Part shown: positions 28,806 to 37,419 of the stretch, in pieces | How positions within the stretch are numbered: position 1 is the first letter of the stretch | How the letters are laid out: every line of letters starts with the position of its first letter | DNA from: Nocardioidaceae bacterium | Lineage (GTDB): Bacteria > Actinomycetota > Actinomycetes > Propionibacteriales > Nocardioidaceae | DNA: 64,000 nt | Assembly: GCA_025966335.1 (NCBI GenBank) | Contig: JAICRS010000001.1 | Location: 5,613 to 69,612 of the forward strand | Direction: 5' to 3' | The notes under the pieces: model-generated | Databases searched by the model: none | What the model was told of the DNA's origin: nothing | What the model saw: the letters and a program-made list of their open reading frames with translations, nothing else | Made by a program: the position numbers and the translations under genes

Positions 28806-29489
28806 TCACCGGCGTTTTCCGAACGGCCCTCCGGCTTCGAGGAACGCGAGCACCGCGCTGACCCGGCGGTTGACCTCACCCTCCTCACTGAGCCCGAGCT
28901 TCTGGAAGACGGCGGTGATGTGCTTCTCGACCGCCCTCTCGCTCATGAACAGGGTCTTGGCTATCGCGGCGTTGCTCAGGCCGGTGGCCATCTGCTGCAA
29001 CACCTCCGCCTCGCGTTCGGTGAGTCCGAGCAGCGGTGAGCTCGTCTGGGCGGAACCACGGACGAGCAGACCCTCCACGATCTTCGGGTCGAGAGCCGAC
29101 CCTCCGCGCGCTACCTCGTGCAGCGCACGGACGAGCTCGTCGATCTCCGAGACCCGCTCCTTGAGCAGGTAGCCGAGTCCGGCGACCCCGTCCTTCAACA
29201 GGTCGAACGCGTAGTCCTCCTCCACGTACTGCGAGAGCACCACCACGCCTGTATCCGGGTAACGAGCGCGAACGGCACGGGCGGCGTCGATGCCCTCGGT
29301 CGTGAAGGACGGTGGCATCCGGATGTCGGTGAGCACCGCGTCGGGCCGGTGTCTCTCGACGGCGGCCATGAGCGACGGTGGGTCCTCGACCGCCTCCAGC
29401 AGCTCGACGGCGGCGGACGTCTCCAGGAGCGCCGCCGTGCCCTGTCGCACCAGGAAGTTGTCGTCGGCGAACACGATCCGCAGCGCCAT
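28806..29489 (-). CDS. NarL/LuxR family DNA-binding response regulator
   Basis: IVFADDNFLVR, LTDIRMPP, YLLKER, LTEREAEVL..MATGLSNAAIA..AVEKHI..FQKLG. Confidence 0.93.
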   Translation of the reverse strand: MALRIVFADDNFLVRQGTAALLETSAAVELLEAVEDPPSLMAAVERHRPDAVLTDIRMPPSFTTEGIDAARAVRARYPDTGVVVLSQYVEEDYAFDLLKDGVAGLGYLLKERVSEIDELVRALHEVARGGSALDPKIVEGLLVRGSAQTSSPLLGLTEREAEVLQQMATGLSNAAIAKTLFMSERAVEKHITAVFQKLGLSEEGEVNRRVSAVLAFLEAGGPFGKRR

Positions 29490-29532
29490 ACCGCTGACCC
29501 TAACGGCCCGACGACCGCTGCGTGGCCGGCCA

Positions 29533-29644
29533 GTGTGTTTTCCGCATCCCGGGCCGGTGGTTTTCCGCATCGCGTCCTCGTGGCCGCGGCTGTTCGTGCA
29601 GCGGCCAGCCCGATACCGCCGGAAGCCTCCAGCTCCTAGCGTCG
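29533..29644 (+). promoter_or_regulatory. Direct-repeat operator and promoter for the membrane protein gene at 29721
   Basis: Direct repeats GTGTGTTTTCCGCATC (29533) and GGTGGTTTTCCGCATC (29556), then GCGGCCAGCCCG (29601)-N24-TAGCGTCG (29637). Confidence 0.68.
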
Positions 29645-29720
29645 ATGACGTGCCCCGGGCCAGTCCGCTGACACGGTGTCGGCGGCCACGAGATGGCCGG
29701 GTCGAGGGAATGAGGTCGGC

Positions 29721-30641
29721 ATGAAGGATGTACTCGCGGAGTCAGCCCGTATCGGACGGTTCGTGCCCGTTACGGCCTACCAGCGCCTCGGCTACCTGAT
29801 CGGCGTTCTGCTGATGACGAGCGGTGTGTTCCATCTGGGGGTCTACCTCGTCGACGGGGGCTCCTGGGAGGGACCGCTCTCGTGGCGCAAACCCGTCGTC
29901 TTCGGGCTCTCGTTCGGTATCACGTTGCTCACGGTCACCTGGCTGACCGGTTTCCTGCGTCCGCGCCGGACCGTCGGTTGGCTGGTCGTCGGTGTGTTCG
30001 GTCTCGCCGCCCTGGGCGAGGTCGCGCTGATCTCCATGCAGACGTGGCGTGGCGTCGCCTCTCACTTCAATGACACGACCACCTTCGACTCGGCCGTGTT
30101 CTCCGCGATGGGAATGCTGGTCAGCATCGTGGCGCTGGTGACTGTGGTGGTCACCGTCTGGGCGTTCGTCCGGCTCGACGCGCCCGCCCCGCTGGCACTG
30201 GCGATCCGGCTCGGGCTGGTCCTGATGCTGGTCAGCCAGGTGGTCGGGGCACAGATGATCGCCGAAGGAGGAAATACCTTCGGCGGCTCCGGCGCTCTCA
30301 AGGTGCCGCATGCCCTCACACTGCATGCCATTCAGGTGCTGCCTGCTCTGGCCCTACTCCTGCTGGCGTCCGAGTCCTCGGAGCGTCGGAGCCTTCGGAC
30401 CGTCGGCCTGGGTGCTGCCGGCTATCTCGGCCTGATCTCCTCGACGATGGTGCAGACCTATGCGGGTCGAGCCCCTCTCGACCTCAACCTCGCCTCGACC
30501 GCGCTTGCGGTCATCGGCTTGGGCCTGCTCGGCACCAGCGGCGTTCGGGCGCTTCTCGGCGCCGCCCGTCGCGCCCGCTCGTCGATAACCCCTCCGCCGA
30601 CCCCACCGGTGGGTCCTGCGATCCAGGGCGGGACGGGCTGA
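29721..30641 (+). CDS. Multi-pass membrane protein of unknown function
   Basis: About 8 hydrophobic segments; conserved-looking WEGPLSWRKP..FGLSFG, QTWRGVASHFN, PHALTLHAIQ. Confidence 0.75.
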   Translation: MKDVLAESARIGRFVPVTAYQRLGYLIGVLLMTSGVFHLGVYLVDGGSWEGPLSWRKPVVFGLSFGITLLTVTWLTGFLRPRRTVGWLVVGVFGLAALGEVALISMQTWRGVASHFNDTTTFDSAVFSAMGMLVSIVALVTVVVTVWAFVRLDAPAPLALAIRLGLVLMLVSQVVGAQMIAEGGNTFGGSGALKVPHALTLHAIQVLPALALLLLASESSERRSLRTVGLGAAGYLGLISSTMVQTYAGRAPLDLNLASTALAVIGLGLLGTSGVRALLGAARRARSSITPPPTPPVGPAIQGGTG

Positions 30642-30689
30642 CTGCCTGGGGTACTGGGTCCTCGGCGGTTGCGAGGGAGGTGTCGCCGG

Positions 30690-30716
30690 ACTTATGTTTG
30701 ACCGGTAGACAGAACT
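30690..30716. promoter_or_regulatory. Putative ROK-repressor operator (copy 1)
   Basis: AT-rich ACTTATGTTTGACCGGTAGACAGAACT just upstream of the GH63 gene; 19 of 27 nt identical to 38863-38889. Confidence 0.6.
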
Positions 30717-30729
30717 AGCTAGGAGCTCC

Positions 30730-32094
30730 ATGACGCCTCCCACGGCAGGTGCCAGGCCAGGCCGCAACCGGCTCCGCAGGGAGGCGGTTGCGGCGCGGGC
30801 TGCCTATGTGTTGCGCAGCAACGACGTGGGAACGATGACCACCGCCGCGCCGCTGCTCTACCCGCACATGTGGAGCTGGGACGCGGCGTTCATCGCCGTG
30901 GGGCTGGCCTCGGTTGCCGTGGAACGCGCGATGCTGGAGCTCGACACCCTCCTCTCGGCGCAGTGGACCAACGGGATGGTTCCGCACATCGTCTTCTCGC
31001 CGGAGTCCGACAGCTACTTCCCGGGGCCGGAGCGCTGGGAGTGCTCGCGACTGGCCGCGGCCGCGCCGGAGATGCCGGAGACGTCCGGCATCTGTCAGCC
31101 GCCGGTCCACGCCCTCGCCCTCCTGCGGATCCTCGAGGCCAGCGAGGCACAAGGCGGCGATGCAGGGCAGGCGGCCTTTCTCGACCGCACCTGGCCGCGG
31201 CTCGTCTCCTGGCATCGGTGGCTGGCGACCGCGCGGGACCCGGAGGGCGTCGGGCGGGTCACCATCCACCACGGCTGGGAGTCCGGCATGGACAACTCCC
31301 CGCGGTGGGACGGACCATATGCGCGGATCGAGGTGCGCGCGGACCTGCCGCCGTACGCACGGAAGGACACCGCCTTCGTGCTCGACCCGGGGGAGCGTCC
31401 GACCGACGAGGAGTACGACCGTTACCTCTGGCTGGTCGAGGAGATGCGACGAGCGCGGTATGACGACGCGCAGGTCCGTGCCAGCGCGAGCTTCGCCGTC
31501 GAGGACGTGTTCTTCTCGGCGGTACTTGCCGTCGCCTGCGAGGCTCTGGCCGATGTCGGGGCGCACTCCGGCATGCCGGCAGCGGAGGTGGACGAGCAAC
31601 GCGCGCTCGCTGAACGGTTCCGCCGTGGCGTGTGGCAGTCCGTTCACCCGGACACGGGCCTGGCCCGGGACCGCGACGTGCGCACGGGGGAGTGGTTGTC
31701 GACCGACACGATTGCCGGGTTCGCGCCGCTGCTGTGCGGGGGAGATCCCGCGGCGGAACGCCGGTTGCTCGACGTCTTCGAGTCTCCGGAGTGGTGCGGC
31801 CATCCGGACTTCCAGGTTGCCCTCCCGCCGAGCACGGCACCGGGGTCACCGGACTTCCGTGCCCGGCAGTACTGGCGCGGGCCGCAGTGGCCGGTGATCG
31901 CCTGGCTGTTCAGCTGGGCGTTCCACCGGCACGGCTGGGCCGCACACGGTGACCGCCTGGCGGCCGAGGGGCTCGAGCTGCTGGCCCGCGGTGAGTTCGG
32001 TGAGTACTACGAGCCCTTCGCCGGGGAGCCGCTCGGCAGCAGCCACCAGTCCTGGACGGCCGCGGTCGCTCTGGACTGGCTCAACCACAGCTGA
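30730..32094 (+). CDS. Glucosylglycerate/mannosylglycerate hydrolase-like glycosidase (GH63, MGH1-like)
   Basis: LYPHMWSWDAAF, NGMVPHIVF, TSGICQPPVH, HGWESGMDNSPRWD, YWRGPQWP, FGEYYEP, QSWTAA. Confidence 0.88.
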   Translation: MTPPTAGARPGRNRLRREAVAARAAYVLRSNDVGTMTTAAPLLYPHMWSWDAAFIAVGLASVAVERAMLELDTLLSAQWTNGMVPHIVFSPESDSYFPGPERWECSRLAAAAPEMPETSGICQPPVHALALLRILEASEAQGGDAGQAAFLDRTWPRLVSWHRWLATARDPEGVGRVTIHHGWESGMDNSPRWDGPYARIEVRADLPPYARKDTAFVLDPGERPTDEEYDRYLWLVEEMRRARYDDAQVRASASFAVEDVFFSAVLAVACEALADVGAHSGMPAAEVDEQRALAERFRRGVWQSVHPDTGLARDRDVRTGEWLSTDTIAGFAPLLCGGDPAAERRLLDVFESPEWCGHPDFQVALPPSTAPGSPDFRARQYWRGPQWPVIAWLFSWAFHRHGWAAHGDRLAAEGLELLARGEFGEYYEPFAGEPLGSSHQSWTAAVALDWLNHS

Positions 32095-32119
32095 CCCTCG
32101 AGAGGAGACTGCATCCGGA

Positions 32120-33172
32120 ATGCCGGACATCCCTGAGTACCGCCCTCAGTTCCCGACCGAGCGGCCGCGAATCGCTGTCCTCGGCGTCGGTGCGATCGCG
32201 CAGACGGCGCATCTGCCGGCCTACGAGAAGTACGGGCTCGAGGTGGTCGGCGTCTGGAGCCGCACGCCTGCGACCGCGGAACGTGCACGGGACAGTTTCC
32301 CGTCCATCGGCCGCGTCTACGAGAGCGCCGAGGAGCTGCTGGCCGACCCGGAGGTGGACATCGTCGACCTGGCCACCCGCCCGGAGGGACGGGCGCGCTG
32401 GCTCGCCGCGGCGGTCGAGGCCGGCAAGCACGTGCTGGCCCAGAAGCCCCTGACCCAGGAGCCGGACACGATCAGGCCGGTGCTGGACCAGGCCGATGCG
32501 GCGGGGGTGCGGATCGCGGTCAACCAGAACGCGCGGTGGGCACCCGGCTGGCGCCTCGCCACCAGGCTGGTGGAGCAGGGTGCCATCGGTGAGGTGGTCG
32601 GCGTGACCCACCTGCACGACAAGCCGTTGCCGCCGATCGCGGGCACCCATTTCGACGACGTGCCACACATGCTGCTCGGCGACTACCTCGTGCACTGGCT
32701 CGACATCACCCGCTGCTGGCTCGCGGGGAAGGACGTGGCCTGGCTCCGCGCGTCCGACCATCGCGTCCCGGGCCAGCCGGTGACCGCCAAGAACCCGTGG
32801 TCCGCCACGGTCGAGGCGGTTTGCGGCGACGGCGCGAGCGCACTGGTGCGGGTGGTCGGTGATGTGCGGACCCGCACCCCGTCCTGCCCGTACTGGATCC
32901 ACGGCACCGAGGGCAGCGTCCGCGGCAGTCTGCTGGGCCGGGACTTCGTCGAGCTCGAACGAGGCGGCACGACCACTCGGTACGCGACCGAGGGGCAGTG
33001 GTTCGTCGACGGCTTCGCGGGCGCGATGGGCGAGCTGATGTACGCGATCGCGGAGGGACGAGACCCCTACCACTCCGCTCGCAACAACCTCGCCACGTTG
33101 GCGCTGGTCGACGCCGCGCGCACCTCGGCATCCCGCGACGGTGCCCGGATGGATCTCGGGCTGGCGCTGTGA
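32120..33172 (+). CDS. Gfo/Idh/MocA family oxidoreductase
   Basis: IAVLGVGAIA, ELLADPEVDIV, AGKHVLAQKP, NQNARWAP. Start ATG 32120. Confidence 0.88.
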   Translation: MPDIPEYRPQFPTERPRIAVLGVGAIAQTAHLPAYEKYGLEVVGVWSRTPATAERARDSFPSIGRVYESAEELLADPEVDIVDLATRPEGRARWLAAAVEAGKHVLAQKPLTQEPDTIRPVLDQADAAGVRIAVNQNARWAPGWRLATRLVEQGAIGEVVGVTHLHDKPLPPIAGTHFDDVPHMLLGDYLVHWLDITRCWLAGKDVAWLRASDHRVPGQPVTAKNPWSATVEAVCGDGASALVRVVGDVRTRTPSCPYWIHGTEGSVRGSLLGRDFVELERGGTTTRYATEGQWFVDGFAGAMGELMYAIAEGRDPYHSARNNLATLALVDAARTSASRDGARMDLGLAL

Positions 33173-34503
33173 ACGGGCGCCCGTTCACCCCGGTCGACGA
33201 GTGCCCGGTCGACGTCTCGCAGGCACGTGTCTACGAGCACGGCTGGCAGAGCTGGAGCCCCACCACGACGTACCGGGTGACCGACACCTCGGCCCGTCCG
33301 GCGCTCGGCTGGCAACAGGTGATGCGGTTCCGGCCGGAGACGCCCGCACCGGCCACCGGCTTCCAGGCCGAGGGCCTGCTGGTGGTCGAACCCGCGCCCG
33401 GGCGACAGCGCGTGTACGCCGCTGCGGACCCGCGCACCGAGATCCCGTCCATCCGGGCCGCGCTGCACGAGAACCGGCTGGTCGTGAGTGCCGACGGCCC
33501 GGTCCGCAGCCACGACACCGAGGGGACGCTCGGGCGGGCGCTGGAGGGGTACGGCGACGAGTCCGCCGCGCTCATCGGCGTCGAACCGCGGCCTGCACCC
33601 ACCGTCTGGTGCTCGTGGTACCGCTACTTCCTGGACGTCACCGAGGACGACATCGTCGCGAACCTCGACGCCATCGAGCGCGACGACCTGCCGGTCGAGG
33701 TGGTCCAGGTCGACGACGGCTGGCAGGCCATGGTCGGCGACTGGCAGAGCCTTTCCGACCGGTTCCGGTCGCTGCGCGACCTTGCCTCGAGGATCCGCGA
33801 CACCGGCCGCAGGGCCGGGATCTGGTTGGCCCCGTTCACCGCGCTCGAACACAGCGAGCTGGCGCGCCGCCGACCGGGATGGCTGCACGGTGCGGCGGGG
33901 TGGAACTGGGACCAGCAGATGTGGGGCCTCGACCTCGAGCGTGGTGACGTGCGTGACCATCTCGGCGAGGTGTTCGGCACGCTGCGGGCAGCCGGTTTCG
34001 ACTACTTCAAGCTCGACTTCCTCTACGCCGGCGCGCTCGCAGGAACCGGTGGCCGTGGCGGGCCGGAGGCGATCTCGGCGTACCGCTCGGGCCTGCGCAC
34101 GATCCGGGAGGCGGTCGGTCCGGAGTCCTACCTCCTCGGGTGCGGCGCACCGATCCTGCCCAGTGTGGGGCTGGTCGACGCGATGCGGGTGTCACCGGAC
34201 ACCTACAACCCCACCGACGTCGACGACGGCCACAACCCCCTGCGGGGGCAGGCGTGCATCGAGGGCCGCGCCTGGCAGCAGGGACGCTTCTGGGTCAACG
34301 ACTCCGACTGCCTCATCGTCCGGCCTGGGTTCGGCCGGCGCGAGGAGTGGGCGCGTCTGATCGAGCGGTACGGCGGCCTCCGCTCGTGCTCGGACCGGAT
34401 CGAGGAGCTCGACGACTGGGGCCTCGACACCCTCCGTCGGTTGCTCGGGTCCCCGCCACCCCCGACCCCGTTCCGCACCCTTCCCGAAGCCCTGGAGAAG
34501 TGA
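33169..34503 (+). CDS. Glycoside hydrolase family 36-like alpha-galactosidase (clan GH-D)
   Basis: GWQSWS, WCSWYRY, VQVDDGWQ, GIWLAPF, FDYFKLDFLY, LLGCGAP, MRVSPD, WVNDSDCL. GTG start overlaps the upstream stop. Confidence 0.85.
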   Translation: MNGRPFTPVDECPVDVSQARVYEHGWQSWSPTTTYRVTDTSARPALGWQQVMRFRPETPAPATGFQAEGLLVVEPAPGRQRVYAAADPRTEIPSIRAALHENRLVVSADGPVRSHDTEGTLGRALEGYGDESAALIGVEPRPAPTVWCSWYRYFLDVTEDDIVANLDAIERDDLPVEVVQVDDGWQAMVGDWQSLSDRFRSLRDLASRIRDTGRRAGIWLAPFTALEHSELARRRPGWLHGAAGWNWDQQMWGLDLERGDVRDHLGEVFGTLRAAGFDYFKLDFLYAGALAGTGGRGGPEAISAYRSGLRTIREAVGPESYLLGCGAPILPSVGLVDAMRVSPDTYNPTDVDDGHNPLRGQACIEGRAWQQGRFWVNDSDCLIVRPGFGRREEWARLIERYGGLRSCSDRIEELDDWGLDTLRRLLGSPPPPTPFRTLPEALEK

Positions 34504-34510
34504 GTCCGCC

Positions 34511-35557
34511 ATGCCCTCCGTCGTGCAGTTCACCGAGCCCTACGTCGTCGAGCTGGTCGATACTCCGCGCGTCGAGCTGCCGGCGGGATATGTACGCGTG
34601 GAGACCTGGTTCTCCGGCATCTCCGCCGGCACCGAGCTCACGGCCTACCGCGGTTCGAACCCGTACCTGACCAAGACCTGGGACCCGGAGCGACGGCTGT
34701 TTCTCGAAGGTCAGCCGACGTTCGGGTACCCGGTGTCCGGCTGGGGGTACTCCGAGGTGGGCCGGGTGGTCGAGGTGGCTGCCGGGGTGACCTCTCCGCG
34801 CCCGGGGGACGTGGTGGCCGGGATCTGGGGCCACCGCAGTGAGGGCGTGTTCCCCGTCGACGCAGCGCACTGGCGGGTGCTGCCCGCAGCCATGGACCCG
34901 ATGCACGGCGTCTTCGCCCGGGTGGGTGCGATCGCGCTCAACGCGGTCCTCGCGGCGGAGGCCCGGCTGGGGGAGAACCTTGCGGTGTTCGGACAGGGTG
35001 TGATCGGCCTACTGGCCACCCGGCTCGCCCGACTCAGCGGCGCGCGGGTGGTCGCGGTCGACGCGCTCACCGACCGGCTGGAGCGAGCGGAACGGATGGG
35101 CGCCTCCGATGTGATCGACGCCCGCATCGAGGGCGGCGCGGGAGCGGCGGTGCGGGCCCTCACCGGCCTGGGGGTGGACAGCGCCATCGAGCTCAGCGGC
35201 AGCTACCGCGCCCTGCACGAGGCGGTGCGCAGCGTGGTCGTGGACGGGCGGGTGGTCGCCTCGGGGTTCTACCAGGGCGATGGCGAAGGGCTGCGGCTCG
35301 GCGAGGAGTTCCACCACAACCGCGTGCAGATCGTCGCCAGCCAGATCGGTGGTGCGCCGCTCGCGCTCGGCCCGCGCTGGAACCAGCGCCGGTTGGTGCA
35401 CACCTTCCTGGACCAGCTCGCCACCGGTGCGGTCGACGTCACGCCCCTGGTGACGCACGTGCTCGACGTCGCCGAGGTCGCGACCGCGTTCGAGACCCTC
35501 GATCGGGGCACGGGCGACACCTTGCAGGTCGTGCTTCGCTTCCCCGCGGCCCCGTGA
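34511..35557 (+). CDS. MDR-superfamily (alcohol-dehydrogenase-like) oxidoreductase
   Basis: SGISAGTELTAYRG, GYSEVGRV, VFGQGVIG Rossmann motif. Confidence 0.85.
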   Translation: MPSVVQFTEPYVVELVDTPRVELPAGYVRVETWFSGISAGTELTAYRGSNPYLTKTWDPERRLFLEGQPTFGYPVSGWGYSEVGRVVEVAAGVTSPRPGDVVAGIWGHRSEGVFPVDAAHWRVLPAAMDPMHGVFARVGAIALNAVLAAEARLGENLAVFGQGVIGLLATRLARLSGARVVAVDALTDRLERAERMGASDVIDARIEGGAGAAVRALTGLGVDSAIELSGSYRALHEAVRSVVVDGRVVASGFYQGDGEGLRLGEEFHHNRVQIVASQIGGAPLALGPRWNQRRLVHTFLDQLATGAVDVTPLVTHVLDVAEVATAFETLDRGTGDTLQVVLRFPAAP

Positions 35558-35563
35558 CGAGGC

Positions 35564-36478
35564 TCAGCCCTTCTCTGCCCCGGCCGTCAGCCCCTCGGTC
35601 AGCAACCGCTCGGTGGCGAAGAACAGGATCACGATCGGCAGCGTGAGCACCACCGAGCCGGCCATCAGCACGGTGGTGGGGATCTCGATGCTGCCCGCCA
35701 GCTGGGACAGGCCCAGGGACACGGTCCACCGGGACCGGTCCTCGACCAGGAACAGCAGCGCGAACAGGAACTCGTTCCAGGCGATCATGAACACGAACAG
35801 GCCGTTGGCCATGATCGCGGGCAGCGCCAAGGGAAGGCTGATCCGGCGCATGATGCCCAGGCGGCTGCAGCCGTCCAGCGCCGCGGCCTCCTCGAGGCTG
35901 ACCGGGATCGTCTCGAAGTAGTTGCGCAGCATGTAGATGGACACGGCGACCGTCTGCGAGACGTAGACGATGATCAGGGCCACCAGCGCGCCACGCAGGC
36001 CGAGCTTCGTGAAGCCCACGAACAACGGCACGGCGAGCAGGATGCTCGGGAAGAGGTACACCGCCAGGAAGAGCACACTGACCTGCCGGTGGCCGAAGAA
36101 CTTCAGCCGGCTCACGGCGTACGACCCGGGAATCGCGAACAGCAGCGTTGCGGCCACCGTGCCGACCGCGATCACGAAGCTGTTCTGGATGAAGTTGACG
36201 AAGCCCTGTCCGCCCTCGGAGACGGGCTTGAGCACCGACGCGTAGGTGCCGAAGTCGAGCTCGCCGCTGTCCGGCCAGAGGTCACCCGGGTCCTGGATCA
36301 CCGAGCTGAGGTCGCGGACCGACAGCAGCACCATGTAGAGGAACGGGAACGCGGTCAGCAGGATCAGGGCCGCGATGACCACCCAGCGCAGGACGCCGAA
36401 GACCAAGCTCTCCACCCGGTCCCGGGACCAGGGTCGGGACGAGCGTGCCGGACGGTCTGTGCGCGTTGCGGTACTCAA
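35564..36478 (-). CDS. Carbohydrate ABC transporter permease (MalG-like)
   Basis: EAA motif IPVSLEEAAALDGCSR; AWNEFLFAL. TTG start overlaps the upstream stop. Confidence 0.9.
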   Translation of the reverse strand: MSTATRTDRPARSSRPWSRDRVESLVFGVLRWVVIAALILLTAFPFLYMVLLSVRDLSSVIQDPGDLWPDSGELDFGTYASVLKPVSEGGQGFVNFIQNSFVIAVGTVAATLLFAIPGSYAVSRLKFFGHRQVSVLFLAVYLFPSILLAVPLFVGFTKLGLRGALVALIIVYVSQTVAVSIYMLRNYFETIPVSLEEAAALDGCSRLGIMRRISLPLALPAIMANGLFVFMIAWNEFLFALLFLVEDRSRWTVSLGLSQLAGSIEIPTTVLMAGSVVLTLPIVILFFATERLLTEGLTAGAEKG

Positions 36479-37419
36479 CTGACGTCCTCCCGGGGTGCGA
36501 AGCGGAAGTAGATCGTGACCAGCACGATGAGCACGGCCGCGAGCACCAGTGCCTGTGCCGACGCCGCACCGATGTCGCCGCGGGCGATCAGGTAGTTGAA
36601 CACCCGGATGCTGACCACCTCGGTGCCGGCGCCACCTCCGGTCAGCAGGTAGATGTCGTCGAAGTTGTTGAACGTCCAGATGAAGCGGAGCAGGGCCAGC
36701 ACCGCGATGGTGGGCAGCAGCTGGGGGAGCAGGATGTAGCGGAACCGTTGGGTCAGCGTGGCGCCGTCGACCTTCGCGGCCTCCTCCATGTCGCCCGGCA
36801 CCGCCTGGAGGCGGGCGGTGAGGAACAGGAAGGCGAACGGGAACGAACGCCACATCTCGAAGAGGATCACCGATATCAGCGCCACTGGTATCGAGAAGTC
36901 GAGGCCGAGGAGCGAGACCTCCTTGCTGCGCTGGCTGAGGAACGCGATCGGCTCGTCCCAGCCGAGCAGGCGGGTGCCCCAGTAGTTGATGATCCCGAAC
37001 TGCGGGTTGAGCATCACCGACCACACGAAGGTGGCCGCGACCACCGGAGCGACGTACGGGAGCAGCATCATCGCCCGCACCACGGTGCGCCCCCGGAAGG
37101 CCTTGCGCAGCGCCAACGCCGCCACCAGGCCGAGCCCGACGGCGAGCGACGTGCCGCACACCGAGTAGATCAATGTGGTCAGCAGCGCGTCCCAGAACCC
37201 GTCGGAGGTCAGCACCTCCTGGAAGTTCTCCAGCGTGTAGTCACCGAACAGGCCGGCCGACTGCAGCTGGATGAGCCGGAGCTCCTGGAACGACAGCATC
37301 ACCGTCCACAGGATCGGCAGCACCACGACGGCCAGGACGATCAGCACCGTCGGCGAGATGAGCAGCAGCCCGGCCCGCGCGTCGGACCGCGCCAGCGACC
37401 CTCGTGGCGCCTTGGTCAC
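36475..37419 (-). CDS. Carbohydrate ABC transporter permease (MalF-like)
   Basis: LLPYVAPVV, WRSFPF, EEAAKVDGA, FIWTFNNFDDIYLLTGGG. Confidence 0.92.
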   Translation of the reverse strand: MTKAPRGSLARSDARAGLLLISPTVLIVLAVVVLPILWTVMLSFQELRLIQLQSAGLFGDYTLENFQEVLTSDGFWDALLTTLIYSVCGTSLAVGLGLVAALALRKAFRGRTVVRAMMLLPYVAPVVAATFVWSVMLNPQFGIINYWGTRLLGWDEPIAFLSQRSKEVSLLGLDFSIPVALISVILFEMWRSFPFAFLFLTARLQAVPGDMEEAAKVDGATLTQRFRYILLPQLLPTIAVLALLRFIWTFNNFDDIYLLTGGGAGTEVVSIRVFNYLIARGDIGAASAQALVLAAVLIVLVTIYFRFAPREDVS

